From NCBI GenBank assembly GCA_002269645.1, contig NIVC01004718.1, positions 1 to 37,112 on the forward strand: a DNA stretch of 37,112 nt, in the 5' to 3' direction. The position numbers and the translations under genes are program-made. Positions 1 through 13,836 of this stretch are shown here, piece by piece (position 1 is the first letter of the stretch; the number at the start of each line of letters is the position of its first letter). The notes beneath the pieces are model-generated. The model was not told the origin of the DNA and made no database searches. It saw only the letters and a list, made by a program, of their open reading frames with translations. This stretch comes from Macrostomum lignano. Its lineage: Eukaryota.

Positions 1-3000
1 TGTCTGATTTACCTATTGTATAGGATCCGTCCTTGTCTGATTTACCTATTGTATAGGATCGTCCTTGTCTGATTTACCTATTGTATGGATCCGTCCTTTG
101 TCTGATTTACCTATTGTATAGGATCGCCGTCCTTGTCTGATTTACCTATTGTATAGGATCCGCCCTTGTCTGATTTACCTATTGTATAGGATCCGCCCCT
201 TGTCTGATTTACCTATTGTATAGATCCGCCCTTGTCTGATTTACCTATTGTATAGGATCCCCTTGTCTTGATTTACCTATTGTATAGGATCCGCCCCTTG
301 TCTGATTTACCTATTGTATAGGATCCGCCCCTTGTCTGATTTACCTATTGTATAGGATCCGTCCTTTGTCTGATTTACCTATTGTATAGGATCGTCCCCT
401 TGTCTGATTTACCTATTGTATAGGATCCGCCCCTTGTCTGATTTACCTATTGTATAGGATCCGCCTTGTCTGATTTACCTATTGTATAGGATCCGTCCTT
501 TGTCTGATTTACCTATTGTATAGGATCCGCCCCTTGTCTGATTTACCTATTGTATAGGATCCGTCCTTTGTCTGATTTACCTATTGTATAGGATCCGCCC
601 TTGTCTGATTTACCTATTGTATAGGATCGCCCCTTGTCTGATTTACCTATTGTATAGGATCCGTCCTTGTCTGATTTACCTATTGTATAGGATCCGTCCT
701 TGTCTGATTTACCTATTGTATAGGATCCGCCCCTTGTCTGATTTACCTATTGTATAGGATCCGCCCCTTGTCTGATTTACCTATTGTATAGGATCCGTCC
801 TTTGTCTGATTTACCTATTGTATAGGATCCGTCCTTGTCTGATTTACCTATTGTATAGGATCGCCCCTTGTCTGATTTACCTATTGTATAGGATCCGCCC
901 TTGTCTGATTTACCTATTGTATAGGATCCGTCCTTTGTCTGATTTACCTATTGTATAGGATCCGTCCTTGTCTGATTTACCTATTGTATAGGATCCGTCC
1001 TTTGTCTGTTACCTATTGTATAGGATCGCCCCTTGTCTGATTTACCTATTGTATAGGATCGCCCCTTGTCTGATTTACCTATTGTATAGGATCGCCCTTG
1101 TCTGATTTACCTATTGTATAGGATCCGCCCTTGTCTGATTTACTATTGTATAGGATCCGTCCTTGTCTGATTTACCTATTGTATAGGATCCGCCCCTTGT
1201 CTGATTTACCTATTGTATAGGATCCGCCCCTTGTCTGATTTACCTATTGTATAGGATCCGCCCTTGTCTGATTTACTATTGTATAGGATCCGTCCTTGTC
1301 TGATTTACCTATTGTATAGGATCCGCCCCTTGTCTGATTTACCTATTGTATAGGATCCGCCCTTTGTCTGATTTACCTATTGTATAGGATCCGTCCTTTG
1401 TCTGATTTACCTATTGTATAGGATCCGCCCCTTGTCTGATTTACCTTTTGTATAGGATCCGCCCCTTGTCTGATTTACCTATTGTATAGGATCCGCCCTT
1501 TGTCTGATTTACCTATTGTATAGGATCCGTCCTTTGTCTGATTTACCTATTGTATAGGATCCGCCCTTTGTCTGATTTACCTATTGTATAGGATCCGTCC
1601 TTTGTCTGATTTACTATTGTATAGGATCCGCCCTTTGTCTGATTTACCTATTGTATAGGATCCGCCCTTTGTCTGATTTACCTATTGTATAGGATCCGTC
1701 CTTTGTCTGATTTACCTATTGTATAGGTCCCTTGTCTGATTTACCTATTGTATAGGATCCGCTCTTGTCTGATTTACCTATTGTATAGGATCGCCCTTGT
1801 CTGATTTACCTATTGTATAGGATCCGTCCTTGTCTGATTTACCTATTGTATAGGATCCGTCCCTTGTCTGATTTACCTATTGTATAGGATCCGCCCTTGT
1901 CTGATTTACCTATTGTATAGGATCCGCCCCTTTGTCTGATTTACCTATTGTATAGGATCCGTCCTTTGTCTGATTTACCTATTGTATAGGATCCGCCCTT
2001 GTCTGATTTACCTATTGTATAGGATCCGCCCTTGTCTGATTTACCTATTGTATAGGATCCGCCCTTGTCTGATTTACCTATTGTATAGGATCCGTCCTTT
2101 GTCTGATTTACCTATTGTATAGGATCCGCCCTTTGTCTGATTTACCTATTGTATAGGATCCGTCCTTTGTCTGATTTACCTATTGTATAGGATCCGTCCT
2201 TGTCTGATTTACCTATTGTATAGGATCCGCCCTTGTCTGATTTACCTATTGTATAGGATCCGCCTTGTCTGATTTACCTATTGTATAGGATCCGCCCCTT
2301 GTCTGATTTACCTATTGTATAGGATCCGTCCTTGTCTGATTTACCTATTGTATAGGATCCGTCCTTGTCTGATTTACCTATTGTATAGGATCCGCCTTGT
2401 CTGATTTACCTATTGTATAGGATCCGCCTTGTCTGATTTACCTATTGTATAGGATCCGCCCTTGTCTGATTTACCTATTGTATAGGATCCGCCTTGTCTG
2501 ATTTACCTATTGTATAGGATCCGTCCTTGTCTGATTTACCTATTGTATAGGATCCGCCCTTGTCTGATTTACCTATTGTATAGGATCCGCCCCTTGTCTG
2601 ATTTACCTATTGTATAGGATCCGCCCTTGTCTGATTTACCTATTGTATAGGATCCGCCCTTGTCTGATTTACCTATTGTATAGGATCCGCCTTTGTCTGA
2701 TTTACCTATTGTATAGGATCCGTCCTTGTCTGATTTACCTATTGTATAGGATCCGCCCCTTGTCTGATTTACCTATTGTATAGGATCCGTCCTTGTCTGA
2801 TTTACCTATTGTATAGGATCCGCCCTTGTCTGATTTACCTATTGTATAGGATCCGCCTTGTCTGATTTACCTATTGTATAGGATCCGCCCTTGTCTGATT
2901 TACCTATTGTATAGGATCCGCCCCTTGTCTGATTTACCTATTGTATAGGATCCGCCTTGTCTGATTTACCTATTGTATAGGATCCGCCCTTGTCTGATTT

Positions 3001-6000
3001 ACCTATTGTATAGGATCCGCCTTGTCTGATTTACCTATTGTATAGGATCCGTCCTTGTCTGATTTACCTATTGTATAGGATCCGCCCTTGTCTGATTTAC
3101 CTATTGTATAGGATCCGCCTTGTCTGATTTACCTATTGTATAGGATCCGCCTTGTCTGATTTACCTATTGTATAGGATCCGCCTTGTCTGATTTACCTAT
3201 TGTATAGGATCCGTCCTTGTCTGATTTACCTATTGTATAGGATCCGCCCCTTGTCTGATTTACCTATTGTATAGGATCCGTCCTTGTCTGATTTACCTAT
3301 TGTATAGGATCCGCCCTTGTCTGATTTACCTATTGTATAGGATCCGCCTTGTCTGATTTACCTATTGTATAGGATCCGTCCTTGTCTGATTTACCTATTG
3401 TATAGGATCCGCCCCTTGTCTGATTTACCTATTGTATAGGATCCGCCCTTGTCTGATTTACCTATTGTATAGGATCCGCCCTTTGTCTGATTTACCTATT
3501 GTATAGGATCCGCCTTGTCTGATTTACCTATTGTATAGGATCCGCCTTGTCTGATTTACCTATTGTATAGGATCCGCCCTTGTCTGATTTACCTATTGTA
3601 TAGGATCCGCCTTGTCTGATTTACCTATTGTATAGGATCCGCCTTGTCTGATTTACCTATTGTATAGGATCCGCCTTGTCTGATTTACCTATTGTATAGG
3701 ATCCGTCCTTTGTCTGATTTACCTATTGTATAGGATCCGCCTTGTCTGATTTACCTATTGTATAGGATCCGCCTTGTCTGATTTACCTATTGTATAGGAT
3801 CCGTCCTTGTCTGATTTACCTATTGTATAGGATCCGCCTTGTCTGATTTACCTATTGTATAGGATCCGCCCTTGTCTGATTTACCTATTGTATAGGATCC
3901 GCCCTTGTCTGATTTACCTATTGTATAGGATCCGCCTTGTCTGATTTACCTATTGTATAGGATCCGCCCCTTGTCTGATTTACCTATTGTATAGGATCCG
4001 CCTTGTCTGATTTACCTATTGTATAGGATCCGCCCCTTGTCTGATTTACCTATTGTATAGGATCCGCCTTGTCTGATTTACCTATTGTATAGGATCCGCC
4101 TTGTCTGATTTACCTATTGTATAGGATCCGCCCTTGTCTGATTTACCTATTGTATAGGATCCGCCTTGTCTGATTTACCTATTGTATAGGATCCGCCCCT
4201 TGTCTGATTTACCTATTGTATAGGATCCGCCTTGTCTGATTTACCTATTGTATAGGATCCGTCCTTGTCTGATTTACCTATTGTATAGGATCCGCCCTTG
4301 TCTGATTTACCTATTGTATAGGATCCGCCTTGTCTGATTTACCTATTGTATAGGATCCGCCCTTGTCTGATTTACCTATTGTATAGGATCCGCCTTGTCT
4401 GATTTACCTATTGTATAGGATCCGCCTTTGTCTGATTTACCTATTGTATAGGATCCGCCCCTTGTCTGATTTACCTATTGTATAGGATCCGCCTTGTCTG
4501 ATTTACCTATTGTATAGGATCCGCCTTGTCTGATTTACCTATTGTATAGGATCCGCCCTTGTCTGATTTACCTATTGTATAGGATCCGCCTTGTCTGATT
4601 TACCTATTGTATAGGATCCGCCTTGTCTGATTTACCTATTGTATAGGATCCGCCCTTGTCTGATTTACCTATTGTATAGGATCCGCCCTTGTCTGATTTA
4701 CCTATTGTATAGGATCCGCCTTGTCTGATTTACCTATTGTATAGGATCCGCCTTGTCTGATTTACCTATTGTATAGGATCCGCCTTGTCTGATTTACCTA
4801 TTGTATAGGATCCGTCCTTGTCTGATTTACCTATTGTATAGGATCCGCCCTTGTCTGATTTACCTATTGTATAGGATCCGCCCCTTGTCTGATTTACCTA
4901 TTGTATAGGATCCGCCCTTGTCTGATTTACCTATTGTATAGGATCCGCCCTTGTCTGATTTACCTATTGTATAGGATCCGCCTTGTCTGATTTACCTATT
5001 GTATAGGATCCGCCCTTGTCTGATTTACCTATTGTATAGGATCCGCCCCTTGTCTGATTTACCTATTGTATAGGATCCGCCTTGTCTGATTTACCTATTG
5101 TATAGGATCCGCCCTTGTCTGATTTACCTATTGTATAGGATCCGCCCCTTGTCTGATTTACCTATTGTATAGGATCCGCCTTGTCTGATTTACCTATTGT
5201 ATAGGATCCGCCCCTTGTCTGATTTACCTATTGTATAGGATCCGCCTTGTCTGATTTACCTATTGTATAGGATCCGCCTTGTCTGATTTACCTATTGTAT
5301 AGGATCCGCCTTGTCTGATTTACCTATTGTATAGGATCCGCCTTGTCTGATTTACCTATTGTATAGGATCCGCCTTGTCTGATTTACCTATTGTATAGGA
5401 TCCGCCTTGTCTGATTTACCTATTGTATAGGATCCGCCTTGTCTGATTTACCTATTGTATAGGATCCGCCCTTGTCTGATTTACCTATTGTATAGGATCC
5501 GCCTTGTCTGATTTACCTATTGTATAGGATCCGCCTTGTCTGATTTACCTATTGTATAGGATCCGCCCTTGTCTGATTTACCTATTGTATAGGATCCGCC
5601 CTTGTCTGATTTACCTATTGTATAGGATCCGCCCCTTGTCTGATTTACCTATTGTATAGGATCCGCCCTTGTCTGATTTACCTATTGTATAGGATCCGCC
5701 TTGTCTGATTTACCTATTGTATAGGATCCGCCTTGTCTGATTTACCTATTGTATAGGATCCGCCCTTGTCTGATTTACCTATTGTATAGGATCCGCCCTT
5801 GTCTGATTTACCTATTGTATAGGATCCGCCTTGTCTGATTTACCTATTGTATAGGATCCGCCTTGTCTGATTTACCTATTGTATAGGATCCGCCTTGTCT
5901 GATTTACCTATTGTATAGGATCCGCCTTGTCTGATTTACCTATTGTATAGGATCCGCCTTGTCTGATTTACCTATTGTATAGGATCCGCCCTTGTCTGAT

Positions 6001-9000
6001 TTACCTATTGTATAGGATCCGCCTTGTCTGATTTACCTATTGTATAGGATCCGTCCTTGTCTGATTTACCTATTGTATAGGATCCGCCTTGTCTGATTTA
6101 CCTATTGTATAGGATCCGTCCTTGTCTGATTTACCTATTGTATAGGATCCGCCTTGTCTGATTTACCTATTGTATAGGATCCGCCTTGTCTGATTTACCT
6201 ATTGTATAGGATCCGCCCTTGTCTGATTTACCTATTGTATAGGATCCGCCCTTGTCTGATTTACCTATTGTATAGGATCCGCCCTTGTCTGATTTACCTA
6301 TTGTATAGGATCCGCCCTTGTCTGATTTACCTATTGTATAGGATCCGCCCTTGTCTGATTTACCTATTGTATAGGATCCGCCCTTGTCTGATTTACCTAT
6401 TGTATAGGATCCGCCTTGTCTGATTTACCTATTGTATAGGATCCGTCCCTTGTCTGATTTACCTATTGTATAGGATCCGCCCTTGTCTGATTTACCTATT
6501 GTATAGGATCCGTCCTTGTCTGATTTACCTATTGTATAGGATCCGCCTTGTCTGATTTACCTATTGTATAGGATCCGCCTTGTCTGATTTACCTATTGTA
6601 TAGGATCCGCCTTGTCTGATTTACCTATTGTATAGGATCCGCCTTGTCTGATTTACCTATTGTATAGGATCCGTCCTTGTCTGATTTACCTATTGTATAG
6701 GATCCGCCTTGTCTGATTTACCTATTGTATAGGATCCGCCTTGTCTGATTTACCTATTGTATAGGATCCGCCTTGTCTGATTTACCTATTGTATAGGATC
6801 CGCCTTGTCTGATTTACCTATTGTATAGGATCCGCCTTGTCTGATTTACCTATTGTATAGGATCCGCCTTGTCTGATTTACCTATTGTATAGGATCCGCC
6901 TTGTCTGATTTACCTATTGTATAGGATCCGCCTTGTCTGATTTACCTATTGTATAGGATCCGTCCTTGTCTGATTTACCTATTGTATAGGATCCGCCTTG
7001 TCTGATTTACCTATTGTATAGGATCCGTCCTTTGTCTGATTTACCTATTGTATAGGATCCGTCCTTGTCTGATTTACCTATTGTATAGGATCCGTCCTTG
7101 TCTGATTTACCTATTGTATAGGATCCGTCCTTTGTCTGATTTACCTATTGTATAGGATCCGTCCTTGTCTGATTTACCTATTGTATAGGATCCGCCCCTT
7201 GTCTGATTTACCTATTGTATAGGATCCGCCCCTTGTCTGATTTACCTATTGTATAGGATCCGCCTTGTCTGATTTACCTATTGTATAGGATCCGTCCTTG
7301 TCTGATTTACCTATTGTATAGGATCCGTCCTTTGTCTGATTTACCTATTGTATAGGATCCGTCCTTGTCTGATTTACCTATTGTATAGGATCCGCCTTGT
7401 CTGATTTACCTATTGTATAGGATCCGTCCTTGTCTGATTTACCTATTGTATAGGATCCGTCCTTGTCTGATTTACCTATTGTATAGGATCCGCCTTGTCT
7501 GATTTACCTATTGTATAGGATCCGCCTTGTCTGATTTACCTATTGTATAGGATCCGTCCTTGTCTGATTTACCTATTGTATAGGATCCGTCCTTTGTCTG
7601 ATTTACCTATTGTATAGGATCCGTCCTTGTCTGATTTACCTATTGTATAGGATCCGCCCCTTGTCTGATTTACCTATTGTATAGGATCCGTCCTTGTCTG
7701 ATTTACCTATTGTATAGGATCCGTCCTTTGTCTGATTTACCTATTGTATAGGATCCGCCCCTTGTCTGATTTACCTATTGTATAGGATCCGCCCCTTGTC
7801 TGATTTACCTATTGTATAGGATCCGCCTTGTCTGATTTACCTATTGTATAGGATCCGTCCTTTGTCTGATTTACCTATTGTATAGGATCCGTCCTTTGTC
7901 TGATTTACCTATTGTATAGGATCCGCCTTGTCTGATTTACCTATTGTATAGGATCCGCCCCTTGTCTGATTTACCTATTGTATAGGATCCGCCCCTTGTC
8001 TGATTTACCTATTGTATAGGATCCGCCCCTTGTCTGATTTACCTATTGTATAGGATCCGCCCCTTGTCTGATTTACCTATTGTATAGGATCCGTCCTTTG
8101 TCTGATTTACCTATTGTATAGGATCCGCCCCTTGTCTGATTTACCTATTGTATAGGATCCGCCCCTTGTCTGATTTACCTATTGTATAGGATCCGCCTTG
8201 TCTGATTTACCTATTGTATAGGATCCGTCCTTTGTCTGATTTACCTATTGTATAGGATCCGCCCTTGTCTGATTTACCTATTGTATAGGATCCGTCCTTT
8301 GTCTGATTTACCTATTGTATAGGATCCGCCCCTTGTCTGATTTACCTATTGTATAGGATCCGCCTTGTCTGATTTACCTATTGTATAGGATCCGCCCTTG
8401 TCTGATTTACCTATTGTATAGGATCCGTCCTTTGTCTGATTTACCTATTGTATAGGATCCGTCCTTTGTCTGATTTACCTATTGTATAGGATCCGTCCTT
8501 TGTCTGATTTACCTATTGTATAGGATCCGTCCTTTGTCTGATTTACCTATTGTATAGGATCCGCCTTGTCTGATTTACCTATTGTATAGGATCCGCCCCT
8601 TGTCTGATTTACCTATTGTATAGGATCCGCCCCTTGTCTGATTTACCTATTGTATAGGATCCGCCCCTTGTCTGATTTACCTATTGTATAGGATCCGCCC
8701 CTTGTCTGATTTACCTATTGTATAGGATCCGCCCTTGTCTGATTTACCTATTGTATAGGATCCGCCCTTGTCTGATTTACCTATTGTATAGGATCCGCCC
8801 TTGTCTGATTTACCTATTGTATAGGATCCGCCTTGTCTGATTTACCTATTGTATAGGATCCGCCCCTTGTCTGATTTACCTATTGTATAGGATCCGTCCT
8901 TGTCTGATTTACCTATTGTATAGGATCCGCCTTGTCTGATTTACCTATTGTATAGGATCCGCCCCTTGTCTGATTTACCTATTGTATAGGATCCGCCCTT

Positions 9001-12000
9001 GTCTGATTTACCTATTGTATAGGATCCGCCTTGTCTGATTTACCTATTGTATAGGATCCGTCCTTTGTCTGATTTACCTATTGTATAGGATCCGTCCTTG
9101 TCTGATTTACCTATTGTATAGGATCCGCCTTGTCTGATTTACCTATTGTATAGGATCCGTCCTTGTCTGATTTACCTATTGTATAGGATCCGCCTTGTCT
9201 GATTTACCTATTGTATAGGATCCGCCCCTTGTCTGATTTACCTATTGTATAGGATCCGCCCTTGTCTGATTTACCTATTGTATAGGATCCGCCTTGTCTG
9301 ATTTACCTATTGTATAGGATCCGCCCCTTGTCTGATTTACCTATTGTATAGGATCCGTCCTTTGTCTGATTTACCTATTGTATAGGATCCGCCCTTGTCT
9401 GATTTACCTATTGTATAGGATCCGTCCTTTGTCTGATTTACCTATTGTATAGGATCCGTCCTTGTCTGATTTACCTATTGTATAGGATCCGTCCTTTGTC
9501 TGATTTACCTATTGTATAGGATCCGTCCTTGTCTGATTTACCTATTGTATAGGATCCGTCCTTTGTCTGATTTACCTATTGTATAGGATCCCCCTTGTCT
9601 GATTTACCTATTGTATAGGATCCGCCTTGTCTGATTTACCTATTGTATAGGATCCGCCCCTTGTCTGATTTACCTATTGTATAGGATCCGTCCTTTGTCT
9701 GATTTACCTATTGTATAGGATCCGTCCTTGTCTGATTTACCTATTGTATAGGATCCGTCCTTTGTCTGATTTACCTATTGTATAGGATCCGCCTTGTCTG
9801 ATTTACCTATTGTATAGGATCCGTCCTTTGTCTGATTTACCTATTGTATAGGATCCGCCTTGTCTGATTTACCTATTGTATAGGATCCGCCCCTTGTCTG
9901 ATTTACCTATTGTATAGGATCCGCCTTGTCTGATTTACCTATTGTATAGGATCCGTCCTTGTCTGATTTACCTATTGTATAGGATCCGTCCTTTGTCTGA
10001 TTTACCTATTGTATAGGATCCGTCCTTTGTCTGATTTACCTATTGTATAGGATCCGCCTTGTCTGATTTACCTATTGTATAGGATCCGTCCTTGTCTGAT
10101 TTACCTATTGTATAGGATCCGTCCTTTGTCTGATTTACCTATTGTATAGGATCCGCCCCTTGTCTGATTTACCTATTGTATAGGATCCGCCCCTTGTCTG
10201 ATTTACCTATTGTATAGGATCCGCCCCTTGTCTGATTTACCTATTGTATAGGATCCGTCCTTTGTCTGATTTACCTATTGTATAGGATCCGCCTTGTCTG
10301 ATTTACCTATTGTATAGGATCCGCCTTGTCTGATTTACCTATTGTATAGGATCCGCCCCTTGTCTGATTTACCTATTGTATAGGATCCGCCCCTTGTCTG
10401 ATTTACCTATTGTATAGGATCCGCCCTTGTCTGATTTACCTATTGTATAGGATCCGCCCCTTGTCTGATTTACCTATTGTATAGGATCCGCCCCTTGTCT
10501 GATTTACCTATTGTATAGGATCCGCCCCTTGTCTGATTTACCTATTGTATAGGATCCGCCCCTTGTCTGATTTACCTATTGTATAGGATCCGTCCTTTGT
10601 CTGATTTACCTATTGTATAGGATCCGTCCTTTGTCTGATTTACCTATTGTATAGGATCCGTCCTTTGTCTGATTTACCTATTGTATAGGATCCGCCCCTT
10701 GTCTGATTTACCTATTGTATAGGATCCGCCCCTTGTCTGATTTACCTATTGTATAGGATCCGCCTTGTCTGATTTACCTATTGTATAGGATCCGTCCTTT
10801 GTCTGATTTACCTATTGTATAGGATCCGTCCTTTGTCTGATTTACCTATTGTATAGGATCCGTCCTTTGTCTGATTTACCTATTGTATAGGATCCGTCCC
10901 TTGTCTGATTTACCTATTGTATAGGATCCGTCCTTTGTCTGATTTACCTATTGTATAGGATCCGTCCTTGTCTGATTTACCTATTGTATAGGATCCGCCC
11001 CTTGTCTGATTTACCTATTGTATAGGATCCGCCCTTGTCTGATTTACCTATTGTATAGGATCCGTCCTTGTCTGATTTACCTATTGTATAGGATCCGTCC
11101 TTTGTCTGATTTACCTATTGTATAGGATCCGTCCTTTGTCTGATTTACCTATTGTATAGGATCCGCCTTGTCTGATTTACCTATTGTATAGGATCCGCCC
11201 CTTGTCTGATTTACCTATTGTATAGGATCCGCCTTGTCTGATTTACCTATTGTATAGGATCCGCCTTTGTCTGATTTACCTATTGTATAGGATCCGCCCC
11301 TTGTCTGATTTACCTATTGTATAGGATCCGCCCCTTGTCTGATTTACCTATTGTATAGGATCCGCCCCTTGTCTGATTTACCTATTGTATAGGATCCGCC
11401 CCTTGTCTGATTTACCTATTGTATAGGATCCGCCCCTTGTCTGATTTACCTATTGTATAGGATCCGCCCCTTGTCTGATTTACCTATTGTATAGGATCCG
11501 CCCCTTGTCTGATTTACCTATTGTATAGGATCCGCCCCTTGTCTGATTTACCTATTGTATAGGATCCGCCCCTTGTCTGATTTACCTATTGTATAGGATC
11601 CGCCCCTTGTCTGATTTACCTATTGTATAGGATCCGCCCCTTGTCTGATTTACCTATTGTATAGGATCCGCCCCTTGTCTGATTTACCTATTGTATAGGA
11701 TCCGCCCTTGTCTGATTTACCTATTGTATAGGATCCGCCCTTGTCTGATTTACCTATTGTATAGGATCCGCCCTTGTCTGATTTACCTATTGTATAGGAT
11801 CCGCCCCTTGTCTGATTTACCTATTGTATAGGATCCGCCCCTTGTCTGATTTACCTATTGTATAGGATCCGCCCCTTGTCTGATTTACCTATTGTATAGG
11901 ATCCGCCCCTTGTCTGATTTACCTATTGTATAGGATCCGCCCCTTGTCTGATTTACCTATTGTATAGGATCCGCCCCTTGTCTGATTTACCTATTGTATA

Positions 12001-12728
12001 GGATCCGCCCCTTGTCTGATTTACCTATTGTATAGGATCCGCCTTGTCTGATTTACCTATTGTATAGGATCCGTCCTTTGTCTGATTTACCTATTGTATA
12101 GGATCCGCCCCTTGTCTGATTTACCTATTGTATAGGATCCGCCTTGTCTGATTTACCTATTGTATAGGATCCGCCCCTTGTCTGATTTACCTATTGTATA
12201 GGATCCGCCCCTTGTCTGATTTACCTATTGTATAGGATCCGCCCTTGTCTGATTTACCTATTGTATAGGATCCGCCCCTTGTCTGATTTACCTATTGTAT
12301 AGGATCCGCCCCTTGTCTGATTTACCTATTGTATAGGATCCGCCTTGTCTGATTTACCTATTGTATAGGATCCGCCCCTTGTCTGATTTACCTATTGTAT
12401 AGGATCCGTCCTTGTCTGATTTACCTATTGTATAGGATCCGCCTTGTCTGATTTACCTATTGTATAGGATCCGCCCCTTGTCTGATTTACCTATTGTATA
12501 GGATCCGCCCCTTGTCTGATTTACCTATTGTATAGGATCCGCCCCTTGTCTGATTTACCTATTGTATAGGATCCGCCCCTTGTCTGATTTACCTATTGTA
12601 TAGGATCCGCCCCTTGTCTGATTTACCTATTGTATAGGATCCGCCCCTTGTCTGATTTACCTATTGTATAGGATCCGCCCCTTGTCTGATTTACCTATTG
12701 TATAGGATCCACCTATTGTATAGGATCC
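1..12728. repeat. Intronic satellite, 32-34 bp unit TTGTCTGATTTACCTATTGTATAGGATCCG(C/T)C(C)(C/T), roughly 385 copies, runs off the left edge
   Basis: Head-to-tail copies are directly visible. About 29 bp are invariant and length variation is confined to the C/T run after GGATCCG. The array ends 22 nt before the AG acceptor at 12751-12752. Confidence 0.99.
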
Positions 12729-12752
12729 ACTTCTTTATTCTTCTTATCGCAG

Positions 12753-12995
12753 GTGTCAGTTCGCAGTCCGCGCATCGATTCGGACTCGTTCCGCGCCCTC
12801 CTGCAGTACCTGTACACCGGCCGCGTGGAGATCCGACTGGATAGACTCGACAGTCTTCTCAGGCTGGCTGACAAGACCGAGCTGGAGGAACTGCGGGCCC
12901 GGCTGCTGCAGCGACAGTCGGGACTGGACGGGCTGAGAGCTGCCAAGCCCGGGATGCGAGTCACCACCATTGTGCTGGACCCGGACATGGACCAG
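12753..12995 (+). CDS. ABTB1: ABTB1 (ankyrin repeat and BTB/POZ protein 1) internal exon: end of BTB1 plus linker
   Basis: Translation FRALLQYLYTGRVEI...KPGMRVTTIVLDP resembles ABTB1 FGALLQYLYTGRLDI...KPGTCVKVLTIEP (from memory). Acceptor TTCTTTATTCTTCTTATCGCAG and donor CAG|GTGGGT; 243 nt, phase 0/0. Confidence 0.88.
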
Positions 12996-13020
12996 GTGGG
13001 TGGTCACTGAAGTACCGTGT

Positions 13021-13811
13021 ATTCACTGAGTGAGCCTCTGCACCATTCACACATTCACTGAGTGAGCCTCTGCACCATTCACACACATTTACTGAGTGAG
13101 CCTCTTGTCCATTCACACACATTTACTGAGTGAGCCTCTTGTCCATTCACACACATTCACTGAGTGAGCCTCTGCACCATTCACACACATTCACTGAGTG
13201 AGCCTCTTGCCGATTCACTGAGTGAGCCTCTGCACCATTCACACACATTCACTGAGTGAGCCTCTTGCCCATTCACTGAGTGAGCCTCTGCACCATTCAC
13301 ATGCATTCACTGAGTGACCCTCTACACCATTCACACACATTAACTGAGTGAGCCTCTGCACCATTCACACACATTCATTGAGTGAGCCTCTTGCCCATTC
13401 ACACACATTCACTGAGTGAGCCTCTTGCCCATTCACTGAGTGAGCCTCTGCACCATTCACATGCATTCACTGAGTGACCCTCTACACCATTCACACACAT
13501 TCACTGAGTGAGCCTCTGCACCATTCATACACATTTACTGAGTGAGCCTCTGCACCATTCACACACATTCATTGAGTGAGCCTCTGGCCCATTCACATGC
13601 ATTCACTGAGTGAGCCTCTGGCTATTTCACACGCATTCACTGAGTGAGCCTATGGCTGTTTCACATAAATTCACTGAGTGAGGCTCTGGCTATTTCATAC
13701 ACATTCACTGAGTGAGCCTCTGACTATTTCACACACATTCACTGAGTGAGCCTCTGCACCATTCACACACATTCACTGAGTGAGCCTCTGCACCAGTCAC
13801 ACGCATTCACC
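13021..13811. repeat. Intronic minisatellite, ~34-bp unit CATTCACTGAGTGAGCCTCTGCACCATTCACACA with ~22-bp short variants
   Basis: About 25 tandem copies fill almost all of the 841-bp intron 12996-13836. Confidence 0.97.
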
Positions 13812-13836
13812 GATCGGACGCTTTTGTCACTCACAG

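Noticed and set aside
6202-6423. 73-aa ORF of LYRIRPCLIYL repeats
   Set aside because: It arises from six consecutive 33-bp satellite units; neighbouring 32/34-bp units break the frame.
1-12728. CRISPR array (32-34 bp partly palindromic repeat)
   Set aside because: Units are head-to-tail with no unique spacers, there are no cas genes, and the context is a eukaryotic intron.
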